From the NCBI GenBank assembly GCA_001179505.1, contig CDMY01000929.1, positions 124,001 to 188,000 of the forward strand: a stretch of 64,000 nt of DNA. Direction: 5' to 3'. The stretch's first letter is position 1. Each line of letters opens with the position of its first letter. The position numbers and the translations under genes are program-made. The stretch is from Vitrella brassicaformis CCMP3155. Lineage: Eukaryota > Protista > Chromerida. This document shows positions 11,064 through 25,616 of the stretch, one piece after another. The notes under the pieces are model-generated. The model searched no databases. It saw only the letters and a program-made list of their open reading frames with translations, and was not told the origin of the DNA.

Positions 11064-14000
11064 TCATGTACATCGAGCTGTCTGTCTATCGTCCTCCCTC
11101 GACCGCCCCCCTCTGCTGTCCCCGAGCCCGTCGCTCGCGTCGCTGTCCCTCGACGTGAGCGAACTCAGACGCCGCGCCACACCGCCGTCGCTCATCGGAC
11201 GCGGCAAGGGATCCATGGGCACAATGCGCAAGCCCTCCTCAGCCAAAGCTACAGCATGGGGCGCATCACTGCCTCTCATCACCACCTTCCCCGTACCCCT
11301 CCCTCTGCCCATGCCCGTTCCCCCGTCATCTCCATCTTCGCTGACAGGGGCAAGGTCGTAAGGGTTGTCCCGCAGACCGGCAGAGAGGCGGCGTCTGTAC
11401 GACGAGCTTGATGAGCTGGAGGAGGGAGATGGGCCGCTGCCGTTGCCGTTGCCGTTGCCATCCTGCTTGGATGGCCCCGACAAGAGGCCGCCGTCATGGA
11501 TGATCGACATGGCCTTGTACTGTGGGTAGCTGGGCAGCCGGGAGTGGGAGAGGTTGACGGGCGAGTTGGCTCCGCCCGATCCACACAGGGGCGTGTGGCC
11601 AGGGGTGGAGGATGGCGAGGCCGAGCCGTTGCCGCCCCTCTCGGAGAGGCCGGGCAGCCCCCGGTCGCCGACGGACAGCAGGTGGAGCGGGGATTGGCTG
11701 AGGAAGGTCTTGTCGCTGTACAGAATGTCCTCCAGCCGTCTCATGGCCGACGTCGAGTCGGCTCCGTTGCCACTGGAGGGCCACATGATGTCGACGGATG
11801 GGTACGGGGAGAGGGACTGCCACTGCGCCAGTAGCGTCTCCAGCTCGGTGACCTTCTGGGTGAGGTTCTGCACAAGGCTCCTGCGTGTCCTCTCCTCCTC
11901 CAGATGTCCCCGGGAGTGGCCCTTGAATCGCTCGCGGATCCGCTCGTTGAGGTCACGCTCGAAGTGCTCCGCGCTCGACCACAGCGAGTCCCTCTCCGCC
12001 ATCTTGTGCGCGATGTCTTGCTGCACCTCCAGCCGGGCACGTGATGTGTCGATGGCCGACAGGGTGGCCCGCAGCTGCTCCAGCATCTCACTGTGTGGCT
12101 GTCCGTTGGCAGTGCGGTGTGCGACGGCCGCAGCGGCCTGCTGGGCGATGGCGGTGTAAACTGCGTGTTGAAGGGCAGCGGGTGATGTGTGTGAGAGGTC
12201 GGATGGGGTGGTGAGGATAGTGTCGAGGGCCTGCCTGGCCCCCTCCAGCCGCGACTCAACCTCGGCGTCGAGGCGAGCTGTACACAGACAGACAGACATA
12301 GTGGTGGTCGTGTGCATTTGCGCGCCGGTGGGTCTCTCTGTCTGTCTGGTTGGTGGCTGACCGATTTCGCGTTTGAAGGTGAGTTCTCCCTCCCACCCCA
12401 TGGTTGTGATGGCGGACTCGTGAAACTGTTTCTCGTACTCACGACCGAGGAACTCCCACCTACACATGCATGAGATTCAGCCATGGCGCAGTGTGTGTGT
12501 GTGTGTGTGTCGACATGGGTGCCAGATACATACCTGTATTCCAGTTTCTCTCTGAGTGCGTAGTTTCTCTCCTCCACACGCTTCTTCGACTCGAGCACTT
12601 GCCTGCACGCATACAAACGAGAGAAGAGAGTGCTGTACCGACACACAGTGGGCACATGGTCTTACTGGATGCGTTCCTCGACGGCCTCCCATCGTTTGCG
12701 AAGGCTGGCGGGTGACGATGCGTCCGAGCCGTCGCCCTTGTCCCTCTCACGCTCCCTCTCACGCTCGCCCTTCCTAGTCACCGCACGATCCAAATCGGTG
12801 ATCATGTGCTCGGGCAGCTCGACCTGCACACACATGAATCCACATCACATCACCCCCCGCTTGTCTGTGCGCCTTGCGTGCCTCACTTCACTTACCTGCA
12901 ATAAGAGCTGTCGCAGGTACTCCTCCTTCTTGGCGAGCTCAGACACCGATATCGACTCATCCTCGCCCCTCTCCCCCTGCCCGCCAGGCCTCGCCGCCAC
13001 CCGCCCACCCAGCAGTGGCTTGGGCGGCGGCGCGACCACCGCCCCAATGCCGCCTCTCCCACCCGTGCCCCTCGCCGGCGACCCCCGATGCACCACCTTG
13101 GGGTTTGGACGGACAGGCGACCGCAGGATGCTGTCCTCGTGTGATGCCGACGAGCCAGATGGCTGGTTCATGCGCCAGACCGGGGTGATGATGGGCATGC
13201 GGCCCGACGTGAGTCGGGACTTTGCCCGTGTCCCTCTGGCCTCCGCCGCCTCGTCGTCCCTCGCGTGCTTGAGGCCGTGGGTGGTCCCCCTGAAGAACGG
13301 GTGGCCGTCCATGCCCTTGTCGGAGTCGAGCAGGGGCTGGCTGGTGCTCTTGGACAAAAAGGGTGGGAGAGATGACGCCATGGGCAGAGGGGCCACTGGG
13401 GCAGGCGGCGGACGGGAGGGGGAGGGCGGCGTAGGCCGCGGGGCAGAGAACGACGACGGGTCGATGGATGACGTCGTGAGGCTGCGAGAGAGGACACGAG
13501 TGGAGGTGGGCTGCTTCTTCTTCTCGGGCGTGCGCATGAGATCCAGCTGCACCACAGCTGCTGATGCCGACGAGGGGAGGCTCTTGGGCTGGTCAAACAA
13601 ACTGATCGACGCCGTCTTGGACTGTTCGCTGGGAACAGGGGCCGGAGGGGATGGGGACGATGGGCCAGGGCGGCCTTGTCCCTCCCCCTTGGCGAGCTGC
13701 AGGTTGATGCCGACACCCATCTGCTCGGCCGTCAGCAGGCGGGACGACGAAGGGGCTCGGTGCAGCGGCCGTGAGGGAACGCCGTTGTCCGTCTCGTCTT
13801 CATCATGTGGCTCGTCCACCTCGTTGGCGGCCGCCCCCACCAAACCCTTTGGCCCTAGCGCGGCCACCTGGCCCGCGAAGTGCCCAGCCGAGTCCCTCTC
13901 GATGGTCTCGTGTTGTCGGACCCAGTTCTGTTCTCTTCTTCGGTCGCGCATCTTGACCTCGTGGAGCTGCTGCTGGGCCTTGACGAGGTCCTGCCGCAGC

Positions 14001-17000
14001 TGGTGGCTCAGCACCTGCTCGTTCTTCAGGGCCTGCTCGAGCGTGTCCGTGTGGGTCTCCAGCTCACGGATGCGCCGGCCACGCACATCCACCAGCTGCC
14101 GCAGAGCAGAGGGGTCCAGGGGGGCGGGCCGGTCTGCGTCTCTGGCTGGCGGTGCCGGCCGCTCTGGTGGTTCCTCTGGGGCCTGCTCCTCGTCGTCATT
14201 TCTGTCGCATTCGCTGATGGTGGGCAGCGGGGCGAAGGCCTTGATGCGTGTGGGGGTGAAGGCGAGCTCGTCAGCAGCGAGTGCTGGGGACGGGGATGGG
14301 GATGGAGAGGGAGAGGCGGGCTGGTTGACATGGGGGGGCACGTTCTGCGAGAGGGACTCATCCACGTGGCTTAACACCGCCAGCATGTTGTCCTGAAGGA
14401 AGCAAGGGACACCCAGGGATGGACGGATGGATAGATGGATGGCCTTTTCCCTCCCTTCCTCCCGGCCTACTTGGTGAGCGCTTTGCAGGGAAGTGATCGT
14501 TTCTTGGTGCGCGGTTTCGGCGTTGGCCAGCTGCTGCTTGAGCTCTCGCACCTCGGTCTCTCGCTCCATCAGGTCGGCCTCCAACTCAGACACGCGACTG
14601 CGATAGGCCCCACCTGCACGCAATCACGACCAGGTGAGTGATGCATCAAGCTTATACGGAAATCGATTGCCAGCCGTGCCGTGCTTACATTCTTCCTGCA
14701 TCGCGTCGACGCTTTCGGTAAGTGCCACGACGGTGGCCCTCATCTCGGACTCGTCGCCGCCCTCCTCGAGTGCGGCCATGGCGGCGGCCACCCGGCCCTC
14801 CGACACCATGCCCTCCTCCTCGTTCTCAGCTATCTCCTGCTGCACGTCGGCTATGCGGTCAGACCGGAAGGCGATCTCGCACTCAATGGCCCCGATGCTC
14901 TCATTCAGCGACCGAAGGCGGGACTGACTGGCCTCCTTCTCGACTGTGGCGCGGCCCTTGGAGCTGTTGAGCTGAATGCTGAGTGCGGGGACGGGGGAGC
15001 CACCTGACTCGGTGGATGATGGGGCGCTGCGACGGGGGCCCTGCTGCTGCTGCTGCTGTGGCAGGCGAGAGAGGAGTGAGTGTGGTGGTGAGGCGGTGGA
15101 GGGGCGTTTGGGTTGGAGGGATGTCTGCTTGGGGGGCCTCTGCTGCAGCAGCTGGGCGCGCTCCGCATACATGCCCTCGAGAGCCTTGACCTAATGAAGA
15201 TATGGGAAAGTCGATTAAGATGGAGATAGATACATTTGGGTGTGGATGGTATGTTGATGGTACGTACTTTGGCCTCTCGCTCTTCGAGTTCTCGCTTCAT
15301 GCGGTCCTGCGCCTCCTTCTGCCGGCGTGACCTGGCGGCCTGCGCCTCGATCCAGTGGCGCTTCTTGCTGAGCTGCAGCTCCTCCTCCAAACCCCTGTTC
15401 TTCATCAGCTGCAGCTTCTGAGTCATCGTAGACACCTCCTGGGTCTTACGCCTGCAACACAACACATACAAGCGCTCACGTCACTCACAGACGCAGGCTG
15501 CGCAGCACGTGTGTTGTGTGTTCTTGTCTTGTGCTGGCTGACTGACTTGATGATGGTTTCCTGTTGCTTGGTGGTCTTCATGAGGTCGTACGCCTTCTTC
15601 TTGTCTGTGTCGGCCTCCTTGCGGAGCTGCGCCACCTTGTCCTGCCACTTCTTCTTCCACTCACGGTAACGGTCGGTCTCGTAACGCATCCGCACCTGCA
15701 AAGCGTCCTGCTGGGCCTTCATTCGCGACACGTCCTGCACACACACACACACACACACATCAGCGGCATCCGTATGTGTCTGCGGCTGGCCGTTGTCTGC
15801 GCGTCTGGTGCTGACCTGGTGTAGCTGCCGCAGCTGTGTGTCCTGCTGTGTCTTGAGCCGTACGATGCGCTGTGCCTCTCTTTGCTGCTGCTTGAGGTCG
15901 ACGATGCGGCTGTTGAGTTCCTGCAGCCGCCCCTGCAGCCGGGCCTTCTCCTCCTCCAGACGACTCATCCGCTGAACCGCCTTGGGGTCCTTGCTGGCCA
16001 CCTCGGGGGGGATGGCCTGCATGTCACACACACACACACACACACACATTGTCCCCCGCAATGGTGGTGGCGCGCGTGTGTGTGGGTGGTGTTTACCGCG
16101 GGTCTGATGGCGCGTTCATCGGGGTTGGTGAATGTTTGTGTTTCGACATTGACGGTCTCGGATGCGACGCTTGAGACGTCGCCCATGGCCATGTGTGACT
16201 CGAGCTCTGTCTGGATGACCTCAAGCTCGCGCGAGAGGGCCGTCTTGTCCTGGATGGTCCGCGAGAGCTGCTCCTCCAACTCCTCCAAACGCAACTCGTA
16301 CCTGCACAGGTAGGTACGTGGGCTGGGTGAGAGGGGCTGCCTGGCCTGGTACCTCTGTTTCATGCTCTTGTATGCCTGTTGGTTCTTCATGAGCTTGTTG
16401 ATCAGCTGCAGCTTCTCGTTGATCGTCGCCTCCAAACTCTGATTATGGCCAGCAAACCACACACGGGAACGTACCCCCCATCTGTCTCTCCTTGCTACCC
16501 TTCCAGCGCACCTCGCATGTCCAGTTCATCTGCCGCTGGCTGAGATGGAACTCGTGATCCTCCTTCATGTCCTCACGAGCATGTGCCTCCGCCTCGCCGT
16601 CAGCCTCGCCACCACCCTCCACACCATCACCATCACCCTCACCCTGTCCATCGTGCTGCAGCACGGCGTCGATCAGCTCGCTCTCGAGAGAGCTCGTCCA
16701 ATCGCCCACGCCGTCCCGCAGCGCGCTGCGGCCAGCCAGTGGTGGCGAGTAGGGCGGGGGCATGGATGGGTCGGAGTGTGTGTCCTTCTTGGGTTGGGAG
16801 GTCGGTGGAAAGGACCGCGATCTGCGGAGGGAGGCGGGGCCTCGTGCGATGGCCAGTGGTGGGATGAATGGGAGGCAGCTGGGGTCGCTCCCGACGGGGT
16901 AGGGCGTCAGGATGGCCAGCAAACTCTCCTGGTGACGCACTCTAGATTGGCGGACAAGAGAACAAACGGCATCAGAGAGGTAGGGAGGAAGTGAGCATTG

Positions 17001-19634
17001 GGGTTTGCCTCTGTGTGCGTGCGTGTGTGTGTGTGTGTGTGATGTGTGATGTGTGATGTGTGATGTGTGATGTGTGATGTGTGATGTGTGCTGTACTTTT
17101 TCCTAAATTCGTTGATGGTCGTTAGATGTTTTTCGATGACCTCCTTGGCCTGGTCCTCGTTGAGCACGGACTGGTGCACCATCACACCGCCCTTCTCGCG
17201 CTGAATCCACGCCAAACGTGCCTGAACGATCGAATCCACACACACACCATCAGACACACCCTCGGGCTTTGAATACATCCCAATCAAGACTCACCTGCAG
17301 TCGGATGGTTTCTTCGTCGGCCTGTGTGAGCTTCTCCTGCAACTCCTCCACCTGCTCCACACTCTCCTTGACCTGCTCCTGCAGACTCTTGTTCTGAGCC
17401 TGCAGCAACTGCACCTCCTCACGCAACTCCCGAACCACCGAAGGAGACAGATCGTCGCCATCCTCACCACCCAACAGACCCGCGAAGGGCGGTGTGGCAG
17501 CCGGCAGCTCCGGGGCGCCGGGGAGGCCCGCAGGGGGGACGGCTGGCTGTCGGTTTGGGGAGACGATGGTGCGCGCTTTGAGTAGCTCGAGCTGCAGCTC
17601 TTGTATCTGTGCCTTGAGCCTGGCGATCTCCATGGTGTGGGGGTCCTGGTTCACGATAGGCTTGTTCTTGATGTTGCGCGCCCTGCAGACAGACGTGCGA
17701 GAGGATAATGAATGCCCCCCATTGTATATATGTGTGTGTGCGTGTGTGGAGGTACCTGTTGGCGTAAACGAGTGTGTTGAGCGATTCGCTGAAGTTGGAG
17801 TCTGCTGGGCTGATGCACGCCACCATCACAGTGCGGCTGTTGCCCCCCAACGAATCCTGACACACACATACACATACGAAGAAGCGCATGGCAAGGCAAA
17901 GTGCATCCATCATCCATCCATCCATCCTTCCATCCATCCTTCCATCCATCGTTCCATCCATTGACCTGCAGCAGGCGTGTCAGTTTGGAGTCTCTGTAAG
18001 GGACGTGTTGGCCCCTCTTGGCGGGATCGCCCAACACAGATATCACATTCCCCAGAGCCAGCAAACCTGACACCACACACACAGACCCACGAGCCCAGCC
18101 CACCGGCAAACGCAGGAATGGGCGCGCTTCGGTCGTATGTCGGTCGCTCGGCTGTGTCACCTTGATTGATGTTGATGCCTTCTCTGAACCGCTGGCCCAC
18201 GGTGCCGGTCTTCTTGACACGCTCGGAACCGGCCAGGTCCACAAACCGACACTTGGCACTGACAAGACAAGAAAGGCCATCATCCCGCTATGAATCACTG
18301 AGTGATAATCCCATACATAATCGCCCCGCCCCAGGAGCTCTCACCTGAGGAATTTGTCGTCGGGCAGCGCCTGCTCGATGGTCACCGTGAAGACGGCATG
18401 GGAACGGCTGAATCAAACAAGGCACACAGGTAGGTCGATGTGCATGAGACTGACTGGTTGCTGTGCTGTGCTGTGCTGTCGTGTGTGCGTGTGTACCTGG
18501 AGTACTCATTCATGAGTGTGGTGCCAGTGGTGCGATTCAGGTTGCCCTTCTCCAGGCACCGCAACACCTCAGAGGGCTTCTTGACCTGACACACCACACG
18601 AGAGAGAGGAGAGAAACGATGACGTGCTGACGATGCGGCTGTTGAATGCTGTGAATGCTGTGTGCATGATATGATGCCTACCTACCTCCACTTCCTTGAC
18701 GCCCAGCAGGATCTGCTGCCCGGACGTGTCCTCGCGGATCATGATGGCCCTGTGAGTGGGTGGGCAGACAAGACACGAAGGAGAGGAAAGGACACACCCG
18801 TCCCGTGGCCACCCATTCGTTCGTTCGCTCCATATCCCTGCCGCCCTCCCGTCCCGCTCACTTACTTGTTCTTGGCCCCGTATGAGGTGTCGAGGAGGTC
18901 TCCGAAGTCCTCGTTGTGCAGCTCGACGTAGGAGCACTTGACCATGAACTCTATGTCCTCCCGCTTGCTGCTGTACATGCAGCGGAAGATGCTATTCACA
19001 GCGCGGGGAATGATACCAAGAGTCTCACTGACACACACACAGACAGAATAGCAAGGCAACCAAAGCATTCATCTGTCCGTCCGTCCGCTGGCCAACGTGC
19101 TTTCGATATCATGGGCATGTCACACAGGTACGTACCTGTCCTGCGAGAGTATGGATGAGCCTGGGACGCCTGACATGGTGTAGGTCTTGCCTGCGCCCGT
19201 CTGGCCGTAGGCGAGAATGGTGGCATTGAGCCCCTCAAACAGCCCCTCCACCAGCGGATTGGCCGTCGTGTTGGCCACCACCTGCGCACACACAAATCGA
19301 CAGCAGGGCAGGCAGGAAACAGACATGGATGGATGGATGAATGCATCAAGACGAATGGCCTTATCGTTGCGCATCGTACCTCTTGTGTATCGGTGGCATT
19401 ATAGACGTCGTCGTAGGTGAAGGTCTTATCTCGGCCTATCACAATCTGGTTGGTCTCAGGGAACACCCTCACGCATTCTCGGCAGCGCTCCAGGATCTCC
19501 TTCGGGCTCAGCGGCCGCACGCGGACCGCCACGCGCACTTGTTCGGATCCACCACTTGACACAGGGGCCGACCAGGGGTTGGCTGATGATGCAGCCGCTG
19601 ATGCAACGCCCTCTACTTCCTCCATTTGGAGCAT
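11064..19634 (-). CDS. Kinesin-4 family (KIF4/KIF21/KIF27-like) motor protein, many exons, long coiled-coil stalk
   Basis: Motor motifs [30 protein letters not shown] (P-loop), [64 protein letters not shown] and [16 protein letters not shown]. These are followed by extensive heptad-rich exons. Confidence 0.93.
17023..17089. repeat. Intronic (GT)n followed by (GATGTGT)x7 tandem repeat
   Basis: Directly visible at 17041-17089 inside a kinesin intron. Confidence 0.95.
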
Positions 19635-19789
19635 CTCGTCGGTGTGTTTTGCAGTGTTTTGCGGCGTGAGTTAGGGAAAGAGGAAGGGAGGCGAGGAAAC
19701 AGGGAGATGCCTCCGTTCTCTGGGAGGAGGATGCGTAGATCAGCCCATTTGCAGTGGGATTCTGGAGTGAATTGAGGTGTTTCTGCCCC

Positions 19790-22700
19790 ATGGTGCTGCA
19801 CCATCACTCCACCACGCCCTCCTTGGATGACATCGCACTTAATGGCCATGGTTATGATGGCGCAGTGAGGGGTGAGCATGCAGGAGGCAGATATCCATTG
19901 CAAACGGCACGATTTCTGCGCATCTTTCCTGTCAGCCCTGGAGGCAGTCTGGTCGGATGGCGTGGCGCCGCCCACTGTGCCGCACTGCAGTGACCCTGCC
20001 ACATGCTTGCTCTACGCAGAGGCCAACGTACTCGCGTGAGCTATCTATGGAACAGACATGCACCGGCATCCGAATGGAACGACGCCCTGTGTGGTGTGTG
20101 TCTTCGCATCGTGCAGTGGTCTTCTGCGGCTGGATGATCGGTTTCTGGTGGTTGCCAAAGCGACATATAGCAAGAGCGTCCAGCTGGCGAAAGCGGTGGG
20201 TGGACGGATCAAGGTAAGATAGCCCTTACCCGCCTTCCCACTGTGTGTGTCAGTGGTATGAGGTGGCGTCGCGGCACAAGAGGGACCTCCGGAGACACAT
20301 GCACGACCCCCCACTAGACAAGATCCATCAGGTAGATGTCTGCATAAGTGCAACGTCTACCTGCGTATGGATGTATGTGTGTATCACCTATCAGGTCCAG
20401 CGCATCTGTGAGTTGGTGATAGGCGAGGCCTCGCTGCTCGCCACGTGCCTCGAGCCGTCGCTCTTCACCAGCCACCGCACACGTAGGCAACGAGGGAGGG
20501 AGGGAGCGAGGGAGCGAGGGAGCGAGGGAGCGAGGGAGCGAGGGAGCGAGGGAGGGAGGGAGGAGGGAGAGGGACAACAAAAAAGAGGTATCCTTGGCTT
20601 CAGCTATACAGGCGCTGCGCAATCTGACGCGATTTGTGTCTGCCCTTGCCAAAACGCTCAACCACTTTGACGAGGCACACCGTCTGACAGACCACAAAGC
20701 TCACCCGAAGTAGCGAGACGCCACCACGGACAGAGAAGAAGAAAACGGTTCACGTGCCCTCTGTGTATACTCAGTCCGTCTGCTGGTCGGGGTGGCAAGC
20801 TGGCGGCATCAGTGGAGTCTCAGTCCACCGCCGCCCCTCTGTCGACGTCGAGCCCCCAGGGCAGCCCAAGAGGCGACTCTGACACATGGAACAGGGTGGA
20901 GAACGACCTCATAGCGAGCTCTGCATTCGTCAAAGGTCGGCTGGCACAATGCTGAAAACGGAACGAAGGAACGAGACGTTGGATGGTGTCTTTCAGGCAT
21001 GATGAACGTGATCGCGTGGAAGACCTTCTCTCACCTCCCTGAGATCATTCGCCTGACCATCCGCACAATCATGTGGCCGCTCCGAGGTGGCAGATCCATC
21101 CCCGCAGACTGCGATGTGGGCAAACAGCTGCTCAACCTGGTGACAAAGTTCGGACTCCGTCCATTTCTTCGTGGATATCCTTGATTGATTTCAGGCCCTA
21201 TCTCGCGCCGCTGGCCGTCCTCACGTGCTGATGGGGCCGTACATCGCTGAGAAGATCGTAGACGAGGAGAGACGGGGGGTCCGACGCGATGGCATGCTGG
21301 TTGGGGAAAAGAAGCCGACTAAAGAGACACCTGAGCCCCTTTCCTCGTCTGTCAGATCGAGTCGTTTCCTCCGATGGCCAAGCTTATCCTGGGATTCGCA
21401 CTGCAGTCAGACAGAGGGGGGAGACACAACGAAACGCTCAGCAATGCGCAAATGGGCTGTCTTCTTCAGATGTCGCGATGGCCACTACAGCAAGGCTGCG
21501 GAGATGGTCGAGGAATACGCTGCAAAGACGTATGCCATGACGGAATGACGAACGATGGCACACACGCACATGCGCCACTCCTATCTTTCCTTTATGTGTG
21601 CAGGAGTGGCTCAGTTTGGCAATTGCTGTGGGGCCCGGAGCGCTCTGGCTGTGCATACTTCCACACGACCAACATGCTGCCTTTGGCACAGGGCATCGCC
21701 ACGCCATTGTTTGTCGCGAGGAAGTGGAAGGCCGTGCGCGACATACTCCAGCGTAGGCAGGCCATGGATCGTCCATCTTTTTTGCTTTTTGCCAACGTCG
21801 GTGACCGCTTTCTGCAGCCCTGGATGTCGTGCATGCTTTCACGCCTCACCTCGTCATCGCTCTTGCCATGGCTGGCCACGACGGCAAGTCAGAAACACTC
21901 CGTCAGCAATACCTGCTGGTGACAAGAACCGCCAGGGCCCTCAGTGGTGAATCTGTGAGTGATGCGTTTTGTGTTTGTTGCCTGCAGGTGTGCAACTCCA
22001 TCTCTGGGGAGGCGTCGTGGAAGAAACGCCTCATGCAGCGCATGTAAACATGAGGCCGTCTTCTCGTCGATCAGTACGTACGGATGTCTTTTTTTTTGTT
22101 TGTCTGTTTGTTTGGTTGTGTCAGGCGAGACCCCTGTTTGGCGTGGCTGGAGGTGTGCTACCACACAGGCCACCTCACAGACATCCGCGAGCCGGACCTC
22201 CTCACACCGATCAAACAGCTGCTCGATGACGTAGGCAAACAAACAAACAAACCAGCCAGCCACACCCTCCTGGCTGATGCGGCATCCGTCGGTAGGCGTC
22301 GTCGACAGCCCAGCGTGTGTCTGGGGACCACACGGACTGGGTCATCTGCCGGTTCCTCCAGGGTGGGTGACTGGCATACATGCAGTGGTGGTCGACTCTA
22401 TGTCTGCATCCCTGTCTGCCTGCTCAGGTGTTGTGGGCCGGAAGGCCTTTGACTTGGACCGGCAGAGGAAGCAAATGGACATAGGGGAGCACTTCGGGGG
22501 GCTCTACGGACATCCCGACACAGTCAAGGTCAGAACACCGATTCATTGGGATGTCTGCCTCCCTGCCTGATTGTTGTCGACGGTTGGTTGTTGTGTCTCT
22601 CCCTCCCTCCCCGCTGCAGGTGGATTGGTTGCTGCCGTTCACCTTCTATGAGTTGGCAGTGGTCCACCGCATCAATAGACGCTTCGCGGCTGCTATACAG

Positions 22701-23199
22701 GCCCTGTTCAATGCGCACAGGTACCCACGCCCATACCTTCAGGGGGAATGAGTGCATCAGCCGATCTTGCCTTTCGTTGCAGTGCGTCATCGAACATCAG
22801 TTGCGCCGCCCTCAAGACCAGAATCGACCACCTCATCTCTCTCGGTAACTTGAGACGAAAAGTCGCAACAGTGGCAGCTTTCTCTTCTTTCGCTGCCCTT
22901 CTTCAGAGCGTACCTACCTCCGGTCTGCCTTCTCTCCACCATCCCGGCCAACCTCCGTCACGTTCAGTGCCCCATCTGCCCCCAGTCACGAGAACGACAC
23001 CCCAGATCCGCAGCAGCAGGTGTCCCCTCGTGTCTCGGCTGGTCTGGGTATCATGTCGCCTCGCCCTCGGCGTAGGTCGCCATCGCCGACCCACCAAGGG
23101 CAGAAGAAGAGGGGAGGGTGGTGCGTGCAGTGGAGGAAAAGGGGGGGTTGGTGCTTTAGGGGGAGTCGGAACAGGGAGGGTGAGGCAGGAGGGGTGTGA
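19790..23199 (+). CDS. TPR-like helical protein resembling the TTC39/Iml2 family; start and end approximate
   Basis: Spliced exons include ENDLIASSAFVKGMMNVIAWKTFSHLPEIIRLTI and VDWLLPFTFYELAVVHRINRRFAAAIQALFNAH...LKTRIDHLISL, which recall the TTC39 C-terminal 'P...YELA' TPR. The model has about 15 short exons. Confidence 0.45.
20492..20573. repeat. Intronic (GAGGGAGC)x6 / GGGA purine-rich tandem repeat
   Basis: Directly visible. Confidence 0.9.
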
Positions 23200-23947
23200 A
23201 GCGTGAGACGCGAGAGACGAGTGTGTGGACTGTTTGTATCGTCGTGGCTGCAGATTACATTCAGTGTGTTTGAATGAATGAATGAATGAATGGGTTGGGT
23301 CAGTCGGGCACCTTACCTCTCCACGCATCAATCAAACATCCCACACATCCCACCATACTGTACAAGGAAGGGCCAGCACACTTGGTTCATTTGCGTCCGT
23401 CTGATACGAAAAAGAACCACGTACGATCCGATCCGGTGGTCGGGCACGGCATGCCGTCTGTCCCTGACTCCACCCGATCCGCTGCAACGAGCCAAGTGGA
23501 CTGACTGGCAACGAGCGAAGCACCGTACAAACGACACTCACACCCACCATACAACAACAGGACTGATGCACGACTTCATTTGACTGACTGCGCAATCCGA
23601 ACACTCCACTCATCCTTATGGCTTGTCCTTTGGTGTGATTCGATGGCCCTGAAGCCGCCAGGTGGCCACGGCGAATGCGGTCATGAGACGTCATGCACGC
23701 ATTCGATGTCGCCGTCCAGGAGGCCAGCCATCAGAATCGCACCACACAAGCTGCACAAAGGCTAGAATGACCTGACTGATAAACGGGACTTGACACCCGA
23801 CAACCCACTTGCACCAACGGCCAACCAACAAGGGCGTCATCTTTATGTACACCGTCCACTTATCCATCCATCCATCCATCCATCCTATCCATCCATCCAT
23901 CGACTCAGTCGTGCATTCCATCGTCGGTGGGTGGGCTGCCTGCCTGT

Positions 23948-25616
23948 CTATGTGGGAATGTTGACAGCCAAAGCGCTCGGATGGTCGCGAACGGCCCGAA
24001 TCTGACACCCATACCCACCCACACACACACACATAGCCAGACCGACAGATACACCGTTATGCCGCCGTTTTGCGCGTGTGTGCGTGGTTGCGGACCTTCA
24101 TGTAGTCGAGGAGCAGTGGCACCGACGAGTTGAGGGAAGGGAGAAGCTCGCCGTAGCTCATCGCCTGATTACACACACAAACACACACGCATTGGTCTCG
24201 TGTACATTCCCTTCTCCCCCCAGCCCCGATCAAATCACCTGCAGCAGCTGTGTGATGTTGTAGGCCTGTATGGAGGCCAGGTTGTTCAAACGAATGGACT
24301 CGGCCGTCGCGAGGGCCTGCTGCAGCACCACCTCCACGTGCTTCTGCGCCTGGATGACGGTCGTTTCAAGTGTGACGACTGTCCTCTGCTGCTCGGCCTC
24401 CGCCTTCTTGATGTCCTGCTTCTGAACCTGATGGATAAATGGATGGATCAGTACACGTGCACCCAGCACGACTGTATGTTAAGTGGAGGACGATGTCGAT
24501 CGGTGTGTTGTGTTGCGGGTCTCACCTCTGTCTCTTGGATGGCCTGCTCAAAGAGGGGAGGGAGAGAGACTGTCTTGAGCTGGAAGCCCCCCACGCTGGC
24601 GAAGGCTTGTCTTTGAAACACGTCATTCATGACGCTGAATGCGTCCACACCCACATATGCATCCAGACGATACAAGACCTGACTGACCATGGTGTGCATG
24701 TGCAGTGTTGCCTTGCTCACTCTTCCATCCTCTCGCGTATATCCGCCGGCGTCTGGAACAGCTTGTAGGCTGCATACACCCACATCCGGACCATCATCCA
24801 TCCATCCATCCATCCATCCATCCTACGTGACGTCAGTCACCTGTGTAGTTGGTTGCCGCGTCGGTGAGGAGGTCCTGCGCGAGGCGGATGTAGGTGGGAT
24901 GGTAGTCCTTGCCGAACTTCATGTACAAGTCATGAAGTCTAGTGGAGTCTATCAGGTACTGGAAGGATATCTCCAAAGACACCTCAAGGCCATCTGAGCA
25001 ACGCGGACACGCCACGCATGCACGACACGACGAGCTGAGCACGATTGATGTCTGAGCGGTGTGTGTGCCGTCCAGCCTCCCTCCCCTTGCTTGCCTGATG
25101 TTCTGCTTTTCAGCAGAGGGGCTGATCGATCCGAGTCATCGGAGAAGGAAATGGTCTGAGTGACAGACACGTCGACATCAAGGCATGCAACACGCAGCCA
25201 AAACCATCAAGTCAGAAAGGCTCTCCCGGGGACAGACGTCAATTCACCTGGAGGGTTCGGGGGAACTTGACGAAGAAATGTCCGAGGCCCAGCAGATAGC
25301 GACCAGGGAAATACGTCCGCTTGCCGACTGTCTGGGCTATAAACGAGTAGTCTGACGGTGGCCACAAAACACGACACACAGGCACACAACCACAGCGCGT
25401 GAGACCAAGATCTGCAGAGCTATGTGTGCGCTCCCATCCCTCATGCTGACCGAGGCCAATCTGGGTGTACTCCAGCTGCGCCCAGCAGAGGATGAAGAGC
25501 GTGATCAGCAGGACGCCGGCAATGACGCCCACAGAAGACCATATGATGATCCTCCTTGAACGAGACCAGGACGAGTCGGCTCCGCCCAGAGGCTCCCCGC
25601 CTCCGCCCGTCAGCAT
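23948..25616 (-). CDS. SPFH/band-7 (prohibitin-like) membrane protein
   Basis: N-terminal TM helix, then LEYTQIGLDYS...PGRYLLGLGHFFVKFP, SRTSDGLEVSLEISFQY, FQLKTVSLPPLFEQAIQETEVQKQDIKKAEAE and a C-terminal coiled coil. Confidence 0.85.

Noticed and set aside
11554-14396. Long + strand ORFs (e.g. 12630-14396, 588 aa; 11554-12159)
   Set aside because: They are antisense shadows of GC-rich kinesin exons. The Ser/Cys/Arg-rich translations are typical of the reverse complement of coding DNA.
17023-20573. Periodic repeats as a possible CRISPR-like array
   Set aside because: They are pure 2-8-bp tandem microsatellites in introns, with no unique spacers.
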